A DNA stretch of 64,000 nt from assembly GCA_963793305.1 (NCBI GenBank), contig CAWBZV010000003.1:1-64000 (forward strand). The letters run 5' to 3'. Origin of the DNA: an uncultured Gemmatimonadales bacterium. Its GTDB lineage: Bacteria > Gemmatimonadota > Gemmatimonadetes > Gemmatimonadales > Gemmatimonadaceae. Under the pieces are notes generated by a model. That model saw only the letters and a list, made by a program, of their open reading frames with translations, searched no databases and was not told where the DNA came from. Each line of letters begins with the position of its first letter. The stretch's first letter is position 1. Below are positions 31,515 through 42,383 of the stretch, in pieces. Both the position numbers and the translations under genes were made by a program.

Positions 31515-32989
31515 TTGTCCTTGGCGTGGGGGAAATCCGCGCGATAATGGCCCCCGCGTGATTCCTTTCTGAGCAGCGCAGCCCCGGCGATGAGGAGCGC
31601 GGTATCGACCATGTTGGCCTCCTCCGTCGCCCCTTCGGGAAGCCGCTGGCCAATGTCGGTGAGCTGCGCGACGGCCGTACGAAGACCTTTGGCGGTCCGC
31701 GCGATGCCCGCGTCTTCCCACATGATGTCACGAATGCGCCCCGCGGCGACCTGGGCCGCGCCGCGGTCTGAGAGCTGGGCAACAGTCCACGGCGCGATCT
31801 CCGGGACAGTCCCCGGCAGCGGTTCGACTGTCGACAGATCGCGAGCTACGCGCTCGGCGAACACGAGGCCTTCCAGCAGCGAATTCGATGCCAAGCGGTT
31901 GGCGCCATGCACTCCGGTACGTGACACTTCCCCGCACGCGTACAGCCGCTCCAGTGTGCTGCGACCCTGAAGGTCGACCACGACACCACCCATCATGTAG
32001 TGAGCGGCTGGGGTCACAGGGATGAGATCGGTTCGCGGGTCGATCCCCCTTGCTGTGCAGAGGGCGAAGATGCCGGGGAATCGCGTATCGAAATCGCCGA
32101 TCTTCCGCGCGTCCAAGAAGACCGCGCCGGTGGCCGCGCGCTCACGGAAAATCTCGCGAGCGACCACATCGCGCGGCGCCAACTCGGCGAGGCGGTGGCG
32201 CTCGGTCATGAAGCGCTTGCCGTCGGCGTTGACCAGGATGGCGCCATCACCGCGAACCGCCTCCGATATCAGTGCCAGAGGGTTCTCGGGCGTATCCAGC
32301 GCCGTCGGATGGAATTGGACGAATTCCATATCGGCGAGCCGGGCCCCGGCGCGATGGGCGATCGCATAGCCGTCGCCCGTCGCGACCTCGGGATTCGTGG
32401 TGTAGCGATAGACCTGGCCGCAGCCACCCGTGGCGAGAACCGTCGCGTCGGCGATGATGTCGACCGCTTTCCCCGCGACGCTCGCACGGACGCCGTAGAC
32501 GACGCCGTCGTGAACGATGAGGTCCAGCACCCGGGCCTTCTCGATCACCGTGATGCGAGGATTCTCGCGTACCCGCTCGGCCAAGGTGCGCGCGACCTCG
32601 GCCCCGGTCTGATCGCCATGCGCGTGGACGATGCGCCGCCGGGAATGCGCCGCCTCTTTGCCGAGCTTGAACTTCCCGTCGGCTTTGACGTTGAAGTCAG
32701 CGCCGGCCCGGTACAGCTCCCGCACCCGGGCGGGACCTTCCTCGACGAGCACCCGAACCGCATCGGCGTCGCACAACGCCGCCCCAGCCGCGAGCGTATC
32801 GCGCCAGTGGAGCTCCGGCGAGTCCCCCGCGCCAATGGCCGCCGCGATCCCGCCCTGGGCGTACGAAGTCGCTGAGTCGAACAGGGACCGCTTCGTGAGG
32901 ACGACCACTTCGCCCCTGTCGGCCGCCCGCCAGGCCGTATGTAACCCCGCGACCCCGCTACCGATGACCAGGTACCGCGTTCGGTTCAT
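31487..32989 (-). CDS. nadB: L-aspartate oxidase
   Basis: IGSGVAGL, YAQGGIAA, MEFVQFHPT, PAAHYMMGG, GVHGANRLASNSLLEG and ESRGGHYR. Confidence 0.95.
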   Translation of the reverse strand: MNRTRYLVIGSGVAGLHTAWRAADRGEVVVLTKRSLFDSATSYAQGGIAAAIGAGDSPELHWRDTLAAGAALCDADAVRVLVEEGPARVRELYRAGADFNVKADGKFKLGKEAAHSRRRIVHAHGDQTGAEVARTLAERVRENPRITVIEKARVLDLIVHDGVVYGVRASVAGKAVDIIADATVLATGGCGQVYRYTTNPEVATGDGYAIAHRAGARLADMEFVQFHPTALDTPENPLALISEAVRGDGAILVNADGKRFMTERHRLAELAPRDVVAREIFRERAATGAVFLDARKIGDFDTRFPGIFALCTARGIDPRTDLIPVTPAAHYMMGGVVVDLQGRSTLERLYACGEVSRTGVHGANRLASNSLLEGLVFAERVARDLSTVEPLPGTVPEIAPWTVAQLSDRGAAQVAAGRIRDIMWEDAGIARTAKGLRTAVAQLTDIGQRLPEGATEEANMVDTALLIAGAALLRKESRGGHYRADFPHAKDKWRKKHIEF

Positions 32990-33009
32990 ACTTGAAGTAT
33001 AATGGGGGT
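32988..33009. promoter_or_regulatory. Overlapping divergent -10 elements (bidirectional leaderless promoter)
   Basis: TATAAT (+, 32998-33003) lies 6 nt before GTG 33010; TATACT (-, 33001-32996) lies 6 nt before nadB ATG 32989. Confidence 0.65.
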
Positions 33010-33999
33010 GTGCGGAGGCTCACTCTCACGGTCGGATTGCTCGCGGCGCTCCACGTAGCCCTGCTCGGCATCCGGCCGAAGGGCTCCAGGGCCACTCCGC
33101 CGGCCACCGTCGGCATCGTGCTCGACATTGGCGGACGAGGCGATAAGAGCTTCAACGACGGTGCGTTCGCGGGTGGCGAGCGAGCCACGCACGCCCTCGG
33201 CGTCGGGGTCCGCTATATCGAGCCCGGCGACGGCTCGGACCGCGAGGCGGGACTGCGGCTCCTGACCGCTGAGGGCATGAAACTCGTCATCGGCGTCGGA
33301 TTTATTTTCACGGACGACCTGACAGAATTGGCCCGCCAATTCCCAAGCACGAACTTCGCCGGCATTGACTACGCCGCCGGCGTAACGCCTCCACCGAACC
33401 TCGCGGCTATACGCTTCCGAGAAGAAGAGGGCTCTTATCTCGTCGGCGCGATTGCGGCTCTCGCTGGCGGCTCCAAGAAAATCGGGTTCGTGGGCGGCAT
33501 GGACATCCCGCTGATCCACAAGTTCGAGGCGGGATATCGCGCGGGTGTCGCAAAGGTCTGCCCGGACTGTGTCGTGATCGCGCAATACGCCGGCGCGACT
33601 CCCGAGGCATTCCGTGATCCTCCCCGCGGCAAAGATCTCGCGCTGAGCCAATACCACTCAGGGGTCAACGTGGTCTTCCAGGCCGCTGGAGCCACCGGGC
33701 TTGGCGTGTTCGAGGCGGCTCGCGAGACGAACAAGCTCGTCATCGGCACCGACGCCGACCAATACGACGAAGCACCCGGACACGTGTTGACGTTGATGGT
33801 CAAGCATGTCGACGTTGCCACGTTCGAAACCATTCGCCATTTCAGCGGCGGCGTCCATGAGTTCGGCCTAGCCGATGGGGGCATCGGCTATGTGTATGAC
33901 GCGCGCAATAAGGCCCTCATCGCGGACGCGGTGCATGCGAAAGCCGACTCGCTCGCTGCCGATATCATCGCGGGACGCATTCACGTGCCCTCGCGCTGA
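33010..33999 (+). CDS. BMP family (nucleoside) ABC substrate-binding protein
   Basis: GGRGDKSFN, FREEEGSYLVG, IGFVGG and AAGATGLGVFEAA. Confidence 0.92.
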   Translation: MRRLTLTVGLLAALHVALLGIRPKGSRATPPATVGIVLDIGGRGDKSFNDGAFAGGERATHALGVGVRYIEPGDGSDREAGLRLLTAEGMKLVIGVGFIFTDDLTELARQFPSTNFAGIDYAAGVTPPPNLAAIRFREEEGSYLVGAIAALAGGSKKIGFVGGMDIPLIHKFEAGYRAGVAKVCPDCVVIAQYAGATPEAFRDPPRGKDLALSQYHSGVNVVFQAAGATGLGVFEAARETNKLVIGTDADQYDEAPGHVLTLMVKHVDVATFETIRHFSGGVHEFGLADGGIGYVYDARNKALIADAVHAKADSLAADIIAGRIHVPSR

Positions 34000-35473
34000 T
34001 GCTATCGCTCGAGGGGATCAATAAGACCTACGGAACCGTTGTCGCGAATCGCGATGCTTCGTTGACCGTCGCGACGGGCGAAATCCACGCCGTGGTCGGC
34101 GAGAACGGCGCGGGCAAGACGACACTCATGCGGATCGCCGCCGGCGAGCTGCGCCCCGACTCGGGTCGCGTGATGCTCGACGATCGCGACGTCACCGGGT
34201 GGAGCGTCACCGAGGCCATCGCGGCCGGTGTCGGCATGGTGCACCAGCACTTCATGCTCGTCCCAACGCTGACGGTGACCGAGAACATGATCCTCGGCCG
34301 CGAGCCCGTGTTCCTCGATCGACGACGCGCATCGCAAGCCGTTCGGGATCTGTCCGAATCGACCGGCCTGGCTGTCGATCCCGACGCGAAGGTCAGCGAT
34401 CTCTCGGTTGGCGAGGCGCAGCGAGTCGAGATTCTAAAGGCCCTCTACCGCGGCGCCACGCTGCTCATCCTCGACGAGCCGACCGCGGTGCTGTCCCCTC
34501 CCGAAGTCAACGACCTATGGAAAGTCCTGCGTGCGCTTCGGGATCAAGGCAGCACAGTCATACTGATCACGCATAAGCTCGACGAAGTCATGGCGATTGC
34601 GGACTCCGTGACGGTGATGCGCGGTGGGCAGACGATCGGCCAATTCAAGACGAGCGATGTCACGTCAGCCGACTTGGCACTTGCCATGGTGGGACGAGAG
34701 CTGGCCGAGTTCTTCACGCCGGCACCCGCCCGATGTGAACGGCGCGCCGGTGCTCGAAGTCGACAATCTCGTCGTGGGCCACGACGGTCGATGGCGTGTC
34801 GTTCACGGTCGCGCCAGGCGAGATCTTCGGAATAGCCGGCGTTGAAGGGAACGGTCAGCACGAGCTGATCGAAGCCATCGCGGGCTACGCCAAAGTCACG
34901 AGCGGCAGCATTCACCGCGGCGGCGTGGCGATCGAGCGCTTGAGCGTGCGCCGGCGTGGCGAGCTCGGGATCGCGCACATCCCCGACGACCGGCAGCGAC
35001 GCGGCCTCGTGCTCGACTACACGGTCGCCGAGAATCTCATCCTGGGGCGCGAGCGGTCGTTCGGCCGGGTGCGGCTCGATCGCATGAAGATGGCCATCGA
35101 GGCCCAGCGGTTGATCACGGCGTTCGACATTCGGCCGCACGACCCTCGCCGTCTCGCGCGCACGCTCTCGGGTGGCAATCAACAGAAAGTCGTGGTCGCG
35201 CGTGAAATGGGCGGCATGCGCGATTTCCACGTGCTGTTGGCTGCCCAACCGACACGCGGCGTCGACATTGGCGCGATCGAGACCATTCATGCTCACTTCC
35301 GCCTGGCGCGGTCCGAAGGGCGATCCGTCGTGCTGGTGTCGTCTGATTTGAGTGAGTTGCTCGCCCTCGCCGATCGTATCGCGGTGATGCTACGCGGACG
35401 GTTCGTAACGGTTGTCGATCGCGCTGACGCGAGCGCCGAGGTCATCGGGCGATATATGGCCGGGGCAGCGTGA
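33999..35473 (+). CDS. CUT2-type ABC ATP-binding protein (frameshift near 34790)
   Basis: GENGAGKTT, ILDEPT, GVEGNGQ, LSGGNQQK and QPTRGVD. Confidence 0.92.
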
Positions 35474-36477
35474 AAGCGCTGTTCCCCGTGCTCGTGGGCG
35501 CACTCGTGGCGCTCGTCGTCGGAGACTTGCTCATCCTCGGCGTCGGTCAGTCGCCGGCCGAGGTCTATCGTCTGTTACTGGAAGGGACGTGGGGCAACCC
35601 GTACGGCTTTGCTCAAGTACTGTATAAGGCGACCACGCTGACGTTCACTGGCCTCGCCGTCGCTCTCGCTCTCCGCGCGGGCCTATTTAACATTGGCGCT
35701 GAAGCCCAACTGGCGCTCGGCGGCTTCGCCGCCAGCATGATGGGTCTCGCGCTACCCGTGGGCGTACCTGCGCCACTCGCGATTATCGCTTGCATTGTAG
35801 CCGCAGCAATGGGTGGGGCGGTTGGCGGCGCGGTACCGGGGGCGCTGAATGCGTGGTTCGGCGCCAACGAGGTGATTACGACGATCCTGCTCAATTTCGT
35901 CGTCTTGTTCTTTCTGAATTGGGTAGTGTCCGCCCATCTCCACGTGGCGGAGACTGTACACACGCCTGTCCTGACGAACGGGATTGTGCCGAGATTATCC
36001 GTGCTGATTCCGGCATTTCGTGGCTCGGCCGCCAACGCAACGGTGCTACTGGCGATCGCCGCGGCCGTTGTCACGGGATGGTTCGTGTTTCGTACGAGAT
36101 ATGGCTACGAGCTGAGGGCGGTCGGCCTGTCGCCGGATGCGGCCGAGGCGGCGGGGATCGTTCTGCCGCGCGTGCGGGTAGCAACGTTCACCCTAGCCGG
36201 CGCGTTGGCTGGTATGGGCGGAACGAATTTCGTCCTCGGCTACAAGCACTACTACGAAGATGGATTTACGGGCGGCGCGGGCCTCATTGGGATCGCGGTC
36301 GCGCTCGCGGGCCGAGCGCATCCGATCGGCATCATGCTCGCGGCGCTCGCGTTCGCTACGCTCTCGCAAGGCGGGCTCGCGATCCATGCGCTCGTGCCGA
36401 AGCAGATGGCTGATATCCTCCAGGGCGTCGTGATCCTCGCGATCGCGATTGCCTCTGCCTCGCGGGCGCGATCATAA
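35470..36477 (+). CDS. Nucleoside ABC permease
   Basis: GLFNIGAEAQ, NEVITTILLN and GYELRAVG. Confidence 0.9.
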   Translation: MKALFPVLVGALVALVVGDLLILGVGQSPAEVYRLLLEGTWGNPYGFAQVLYKATTLTFTGLAVALALRAGLFNIGAEAQLALGGFAASMMGLALPVGVPAPLAIIACIVAAAMGGAVGGAVPGALNAWFGANEVITTILLNFVVLFFLNWVVSAHLHVAETVHTPVLTNGIVPRLSVLIPAFRGSAANATVLLAIAAAVVTGWFVFRTRYGYELRAVGLSPDAAEAAGIVLPRVRVATFTLAGALAGMGGTNFVLGYKHYYEDGFTGGAGLIGIAVALAGRAHPIGIMLAALAFATLSQGGLAIHALVPKQMADILQGVVILAIAIASASRARS

Positions 36478-37313
36478 TGGGGCTCATCCTCCAGATCGTT
36501 CGCATCGCGACGCCGTACTTGTTCGCGGCGGCCGGCGGAACGATCGCCGAGCGCTCCGGCATCGTGAGCCTGGGCCTCGAGGGCTACATGCTCACCGGGG
36601 CGTGCGCGGCCGCGTTCGGATCGTACTACGGCGGCACGGTGTGGTCGGGCATCCTGTGGGGCGCGACGGGTGGGGCCGTCCTCGCCTCGATCCACGCGAT
36701 CGCGACGATCCGCTTTCGAGCCGATCAAATTGTCTCTGGTATCGCGGTCAATATTCTGGCGGTCGGCACCACACGGTTCGCGCTGCGTGTCGCGTTTGGC
36801 AGCTCGTCGAATTCACCTCGTGTACCGGGCGGGGCGAGTGGTGTGTTGGAGATCGCGGGACTGCTGTCGATCGTCTGTGTCGCGATGATCCTCGATAGGA
36901 CTCGATTTGGGTTGCGTCTTCGCGCGGCCGGGGAGCACCCTGAGGCCGCGACGACGGTCGGCATCTCCGTCAATAGAATCCGGGCGATCGCCGTGCTCGC
37001 GTCAGGCGCGCTCGCCGGACTGGGCGGGACGTTTCTGGCACTCGACCAGCACCAGTTCTCGGACGAGATGACGGCCGGCCGGGGGTTCATTGCGCTCGCC
37101 GCGGTGATCTTCGGCCGCTGGGATCCGGTCCGCGTCGGGGCCGCTTGTCTCCTGTTCGCGGCAGCCGAAGCGCTGGAGATCAACCTGCAAGGAACCAGCG
37201 CGATCCCTTCGCAATTCGTAGCAATGATTCCGTACGTCCTCACAATTGTAGCGTTGGCGGGCATTGTAGGCCGTTCCGTCCCTCCGGCCGCCCTCGGTAA
37301 GAGCGGACATTAG
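36477..37313 (+). CDS. Nucleoside ABC permease
   Basis: ERSGIVSLGLEG, GLRLRAAGEHP and GRGFIALAAVIFGRW. Confidence 0.9.
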   Translation: MGLILQIVRIATPYLFAAAGGTIAERSGIVSLGLEGYMLTGACAAAFGSYYGGTVWSGILWGATGGAVLASIHAIATIRFRADQIVSGIAVNILAVGTTRFALRVAFGSSSNSPRVPGGASGVLEIAGLLSIVCVAMILDRTRFGLRLRAAGEHPEAATTVGISVNRIRAIAVLASGALAGLGGTFLALDQHQFSDEMTAGRGFIALAAVIFGRWDPVRVGAACLLFAAAEALEINLQGTSAIPSQFVAMIPYVLTIVALAGIVGRSVPPAALGKSGH

Positions 37314-37326
37314 ATTTTGTGGCCTG

Positions 37327-38559
37327 GTGAATAAAAAACTTCTCGTCCTCATCATCACCGCCGGCGTGGACATGGTGGGGACGTTTCTGGTTGTCCCACA
37401 ACTGCCGTTCTACGCCAAAGCATTCGGCGCGTCCGCATTCGTGGTCGCAGCGATTGCCGCATCATTCAATGTCGCCACCCTGCTTTCGGCCCCGTACTGG
37501 GGCCGTTTTTCCGATAAGTACGGCCGCCGGCCCGCGCTCCTGATCGCGCTCACCGGCTCGGTCATCGGGTACATCATCTTCGCGTTCTCGGGCAATATCT
37601 GGATGCTGTTTCTGTCCCGCATTGTGACGGGACTCGGCGGCGGGACGGTCGGCGTCATTCAAGCGTATGTGGCCGACGAGACGCCGCCCAAGGATCGCGC
37701 GAAAGCCCTCGGCTGGTTGTCGGCCGCCACCAACCTCGGCGTCGCCGGTGGCCCGGCCATCGGCTCACTGTCCGCCAAGCTCGGCGCGCACGGCCCGGGC
37801 TTGCTGGCTGCGGCGATCTGTCTCGTCAACATGTATTTCGCGTGGCGCTACCTCCGCGAGTCGCGCGTCGTCACACCCCGCACCTCGCGCTCGGATACGT
37901 CGAGCTCATTCCGCGTGATCTGGCGCGTCATCCGTCACTCGGATCAACCCGCGTCGCGTCTCATCCTGATTTACGCGATCGGCCTCGGCGCCTTCTACGG
38001 CATTACGCCGGTGCTCGTGCTGCTGCTCAGCGACAAGTACGACATCACGAAGGAGACCATCGGCTACTTCTTCTCCTACATGGGCCTGGTGGGATTCTTC
38101 ACGCGCGCATTCTTGCTGGGGCCCGCCGTCGATCGCCTCGGCGAGGCGCGACTCGCGCGGATCGGCACGCTCCTGCTGGCGCTGGGGTTGGTGCTCCTGC
38201 CACTCCCGCCGAACATCCTCATCTTCTGTCTCGTCTCGCCGCTGCTCAATTTCGGCACGGCGTTCACGTTCCCCGGGGTGACGTCACTCCTCTCCCGAGT
38301 GATCCGGGGGAGCGAGCGCGGCGTGTACATGGGCGTTCAGCAGTCGTTCGGACGGGTGTCCACCGTCATCTTCCAGTTGGGCTGCGGACTCGCGTACGAC
38401 CGGCTCGGCCAGTCGGCGCCGTTCTGGATCTCGGCGATCTTCGTCGCCGGGACGCTGTTCATGGGACTCGATATGGAGTCGTACATGCGGACCGACACGC
38501 CCGCGCCGGTCGAAACGGCCGCTCCAGCGGCGGCCGCCGCCGTCACCGCTAAACCGTAG
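37327..38559 (+). CDS. MFS transporter (TetA/DHA1-like)
   Basis: WGRFSDKYGRRP motif A and AYVAD; about twelve TM helices. Confidence 0.9.
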   Translation: MNKKLLVLIITAGVDMVGTFLVVPQLPFYAKAFGASAFVVAAIAASFNVATLLSAPYWGRFSDKYGRRPALLIALTGSVIGYIIFAFSGNIWMLFLSRIVTGLGGGTVGVIQAYVADETPPKDRAKALGWLSAATNLGVAGGPAIGSLSAKLGAHGPGLLAAAICLVNMYFAWRYLRESRVVTPRTSRSDTSSSFRVIWRVIRHSDQPASRLILIYAIGLGAFYGITPVLVLLLSDKYDITKETIGYFFSYMGLVGFFTRAFLLGPAVDRLGEARLARIGTLLLALGLVLLPLPPNILIFCLVSPLLNFGTAFTFPGVTSLLSRVIRGSERGVYMGVQQSFGRVSTVIFQLGCGLAYDRLGQSAPFWISAIFVAGTLFMGLDMESYMRTDTPAPVETAAPAAAAAVTAKP

Positions 38560-39041
38560 TGATGCTCACGTTGGCGCTCTTCGAGAGCGCCAAGCCGCGC
38601 GTCTGCAACCACTCGAGCGGCCACCGGATCGCCTCGTGCACGCCGACCGCGGGCGGCATCGAGAACGTCGATTTCGGCGAGCGGCGCTGGCGGCAGCCCT
38701 AACAGTGGCTTGCCACCGGTCTCGCGCGCGCGGCGAGCGACCGCATCGAGCACGCGCATGAGATGCCGCAGCATGTAATCGGGCCGTGGACGCGCCTCGA
38801 GGATGAGCCGCGTGAGCCGTCCGCGGAGCGTCGGCTCGATGACGCCCGTGCGCATGGCGTCGAGGACCGCGAAGTAGAGTTTCTTGGCTCGCCGCTCTAC
38901 CGCGTGCGCGGCATACGAGCCACCTGACGGTACCGGAGGGACCGGTAACCGAAACCGGTAACGAGTGTCTCCGTCATTCGACGAGCGGCCGCGCACGATC
39001 AGCGCTGGCGCACGACGCAACGGTTGCGTCCGGTTATGCAT
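38549..39041 (-). CDS. Hypothetical protein (probable frameshift near 38650)
   Basis: AGGGGAG SD before the start; alternative frame ends EAIRWPLEWLQTRGLALSKSANVSITTV* at 38549. Confidence 0.5.
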
Positions 39042-39112
39042 CAATCAGTATCTCCCCTGCTCCTCTGACCTAGACGCGCGAGAAGATAGAGCGGGAACGG
39101 CCTCGAATCCAG

Positions 39113-40417
39113 TCACCCAACGCGTGACGCAGTTGCTACACTGGTGTTGACCGCCATATCAATGGGTCCAGCGGTCCGGCTGATAATTCGCGACCCGCGC
39201 TGGTAGGTAAAGTACGCGTAGGCCCACTCGACGAGTACACTCAACCTGTTTCTGAAACCGGCTAGATACATGATGTGCACGAAGAGCCACAGCCACCACG
39301 CGAGTACCCCCGTCACCTTGATGAAGCCGAAGTTGGCGATCGCCTTGTTGCGACCGATCGTCGCGAGATCGCCTTTGTTGACATAGTGAAACGGTTTCCG
39401 CGGGCGGCCCGCCAGATCGGCGATGATGTTGGCGCCGGCGAGCCATCCTTGTTGCTGCGCCGCGGGCGCGACGCTGGGCACGGGCGTTTTCCCGTCGTCC
39501 TTCATCGAGATCGAGAGATCGCCGACCACGAACACGTCCCGGTGGCCCGGGATCGAGAGATCCCGCTCTACGATCACGCGACCCTGGCGGTCGAGCGGCA
39601 CGCCCAAGTCGCGGCCCAACTTGGACGCCTCGTTGCCCGCGGCCCAGAACACGTTGCGCGTGGGAATTCGCTCCGTGCCAACGTACACGGCGTCCGGTGT
39701 CACTTTCGTCACCAACTCGCCAAGCCGGACGTCGACCCCGAGTTTGCGCAGATCATTCAGCGCGTGATTGGCGAGCGAGTCCGGAAACCCCGGCAGAATG
39801 CGATGCGTCCCCTCGAGCAGGATGACCTTCGTCTGTCTGGTGTCGATGTGATGGAACTCGTGGCGAAACACTTTATGCGTCACCGGCGCGATCATGCCCG
39901 CGAGCTCACATCCCGTCGGCCCTCCGCCGACGATCACGAACGTCATCAGCGCGGATTGCTCCGCCGGATCATCCGACCGCTCGGCGGCCTCGAACGCCGA
40001 CAGAAACCGATTGCGCATCGCTCTCGCATCGTCGAGGCTCTTGAGTCCGGGCGCGATGGCCTCCCATTCCGGGTGGCCGAAATACGAGTGCCGCGCACCC
40101 GGCGCGACGACGAGATAATCGTAGTTGAACGATGAGCGGCCGCCGTCGAGCTCGACGAGCTTCGCGTTCACGTCGATGCGTGTGACCTCGCCCATCAGGA
40201 CTTCGGCATTCGGCTGCCGGCGCAACAGCCAGCGAATCGGCGTCGCAATGTCGCTCGGCGCGAGCGTCGCCGTCGCGACCTGATAGAGCAGCGGTTGAAA
40301 GGTGTGGTGATTCGAGCGATCGATCAGCGTGATATCGACGTTCGCACGCCTGAGCCGTTGCGCGGCTTTGTGTCCGCCGAACCCTCCACCAATAATTATT
40401 ACCCTGGGACGGCTCAC
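39113..40417 (-). CDS. ndh: Type II NADH dehydrogenase-like FAD oxidoreductase
   Basis: GGGFGG, FQPLLYQVAT, VGGGPTGCELAG, WAAG and KGDLATIGR. Confidence 0.9.
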   Translation of the reverse strand: MSRPRVIIIGGGFGGHKAAQRLRRANVDITLIDRSNHHTFQPLLYQVATATLAPSDIATPIRWLLRRQPNAEVLMGEVTRIDVNAKLVELDGGRSSFNYDYLVVAPGARHSYFGHPEWEAIAPGLKSLDDARAMRNRFLSAFEAAERSDDPAEQSALMTFVIVGGGPTGCELAGMIAPVTHKVFRHEFHHIDTRQTKVILLEGTHRILPGFPDSLANHALNDLRKLGVDVRLGELVTKVTPDAVYVGTERIPTRNVFWAAGNEASKLGRDLGVPLDRQGRVIVERDLSIPGHRDVFVVGDLSISMKDDGKTPVPSVAPAAQQQGWLAGANIIADLAGRPRKPFHYVNKGDLATIGRNKAIANFGFIKVTGVLAWWLWLFVHIMYLAGFRNRLSVLVEWAYAYFTYQRGSRIISRTAGPIDMAVNTSVATASRVG

Positions 40418-42096
40418 GTAATTGGCTGCTCAGTAAGTTCGACACGGCCCTGGGCGCCGACGAGGCGCGCGATCGCCGTGAACGCCAACACGACGCCGAT
40501 CAACAACACACTGAAGGCCGCCGCGGTTCCAAACGCGAAATCGCGGATCTGCGCCAGGATCTCGATCGAGATCGGCCGATTGGCGTGGGTGTACAGCACG
40601 ACCGAGGCCACGAACTCGCCGACGGCCGTGATTGCCGCGAGCAATGCGCCCGCGACCAGTCCCGGCCGGGCGGCCGGGAGCATCACGCGGCGCATCACGA
40701 GCCACCAGTTCGCGCCGAGTCCGCGCCCGGCGTCTTCGAGGGACGGGTCCATCTGGGACAGCGAGCCTTCGACGGCCGAGGCGACGAGGGGGATGCCGCG
40801 GATGAAGTAGGCGAGTGGGAGGATCCAGAACGTGCCGACGAGCAGCACGCGCAGCGTCGCGGGATCATTGCGGTTGAACGTCGACGCGAGACCGATCGCG
40901 ACGGCCATGGCGGGGATCGCCCACGGGAGCGCGGTCAGCAGCTCGAGCAATCGCTTCCCTGGGAATTTGCGGAGCGCGATGAGGTAGGCGGCGATCGAGC
41001 AGACGATGACGTTGCCGCCGGTCGCGATGAGCGCCATCTCGATGCTGTTCCAGATCGGCTTGACGAGGTCCGGGTCTGTCACCAGGCGCCGGAAATTGTC
41101 CAGCGTGTACTCGGGCGGCAGGACCTGCGTCGTCCACGCCCCGTCTTTCGCGAATGAGACCAACACGATCATCAGGTGCGGCAGGATCAGCACGATCACC
41201 GCGGCGGCGGCCGCGGGCATCGTGAGTGCTCGTAGTACGGGCGACTGCACCCGCTGCCGCGTCACCCGCCCCTTTCCCGCACTCGTGTACTGACTGCGGC
41301 CCTGTACCCAGCGGGACAACCAGAGCGCGCCGATCGACGCCAAGGCGAGCACCGTCGTCTCGACGTACGACACGCCAATGTTCCCATTCAGCCGCAACGT
41401 CACAATTTGCGTGGCGAGTACACGGAGTCCGCCGCCGAAGATATATGGCGCTGAGAATGACCCGAGTGAGCTCATGAACACGAGCAGCATCGCGCCGACG
41501 AGCGCGGGCGTGAGCAATGGTAACGTCACCCGTCGCAATCGCAACGTCGTGCCGGCGCCCAATCCCGCCGCTGCTTCGTCGAGCAATGTGTCATATCGTT
41601 CGAGCCCGGCCGACACGAACATGTACACGTACACATACATCGTGTACGCGTGGACAAACACGATCGCCCAACCGCCGCCGAGCGTCCACGGCGGGGTGTC
41701 TTTATGAAGGATCGCTTGGACCGCGCGGGTGATCACGCCACTTTCGCCATACAGGAACAAGAACGCGACGACGCCAACGAGCGGCGGCAGCGCTGCCGGA
41801 AGGGTGGCGGCGGCACTGAGTATCTTGCGGCCACGAAATTCGACGCGCGTCAGCAGGAAGGCGAGGGGTACGCCGATGGCGGTGGAGAAGACGACGGATG
41901 CGATGGAGACCCAGATCGACGTCCACAGCGCCTCGCGATCGGCGGGACTGTCGATAAACGCTTTCCAGTATCCGAGTCCGTGCGCGAAGCTCCCAGCGAT
42001 GACGGACACGTTGGGATAGACCACTGCCCACAAGAGCACAGCGAACAGCGGCCAGGCGATGAGCGGAACGCGCTTAGCCGTAGTAGTCGAGCCCAC
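40414..42096 (-). CDS. ABC permease, FbpB/AfuB-like (two BPD modules)
   Basis: Two EAA loops (LDEAAAGLGA and LEDAGRGLGA). Confidence 0.9.
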   Translation of the reverse strand: MGSTTTAKRVPLIAWPLFAVLLWAVVYPNVSVIAGSFAHGLGYWKAFIDSPADREALWTSIWVSIASVVFSTAIGVPLAFLLTRVEFRGRKILSAAATLPAALPPLVGVVAFLFLYGESGVITRAVQAILHKDTPPWTLGGGWAIVFVHAYTMYVYVYMFVSAGLERYDTLLDEAAAGLGAGTTLRLRRVTLPLLTPALVGAMLLVFMSSLGSFSAPYIFGGGLRVLATQIVTLRLNGNIGVSYVETTVLALASIGALWLSRWVQGRSQYTSAGKGRVTRQRVQSPVLRALTMPAAAAAVIVLILPHLMIVLVSFAKDGAWTTQVLPPEYTLDNFRRLVTDPDLVKPIWNSIEMALIATGGNVIVCSIAAYLIALRKFPGKRLLELLTALPWAIPAMAVAIGLASTFNRNDPATLRVLLVGTFWILPLAYFIRGIPLVASAVEGSLSQMDPSLEDAGRGLGANWWLVMRRVMLPAARPGLVAGALLAAITAVGEFVASVVLYTHANRPISIEILAQIRDFAFGTAAAFSVLLIGVVLAFTAIARLVGAQGRVELTEQPIT

Positions 42097-42325
42097 GGAC
42101 GATATCGCGCAAATCCTCGTCGCTCATGCGCGCGAGCCCAGACCACGTTGCGGTGGCATAGGGCACAGCCCGAAACATCCCCGTGCTGGACTTGAAGAAC
42201 AGCCGGGGAGGACTCGGCGGGAGGGCCGCGCGTGCCTCGCTGACACGCGGGTCAGGTGGGAGGTCCGAGGGCCATGCCTCCCATAGCATCCCGTCACAGA
42301 CGAAGCGGCGACGTTTCTGGTCCAT
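42074..42325 (-). CDS. Small hypothetical protein
   Basis: MDQKRRRFVCDGMLWEAWP...LFFKSS...WSGLARMSDEDLRDIV; fills the gap between the ATPase and permease genes; start uncertain. Confidence 0.55.
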   Translation of the reverse strand: MDQKRRRFVCDGMLWEAWPSDLPPDPRVSEARAALPPSPPRLFFKSSTGMFRAVPYATATWSGLARMSDEDLRDIVRGLDYYG

Positions 42326-42383
42326 GGTACGTACAACCCACTTTAGCCACCCCCGCTCATAGCGGAGTAACAACATCGTACCC

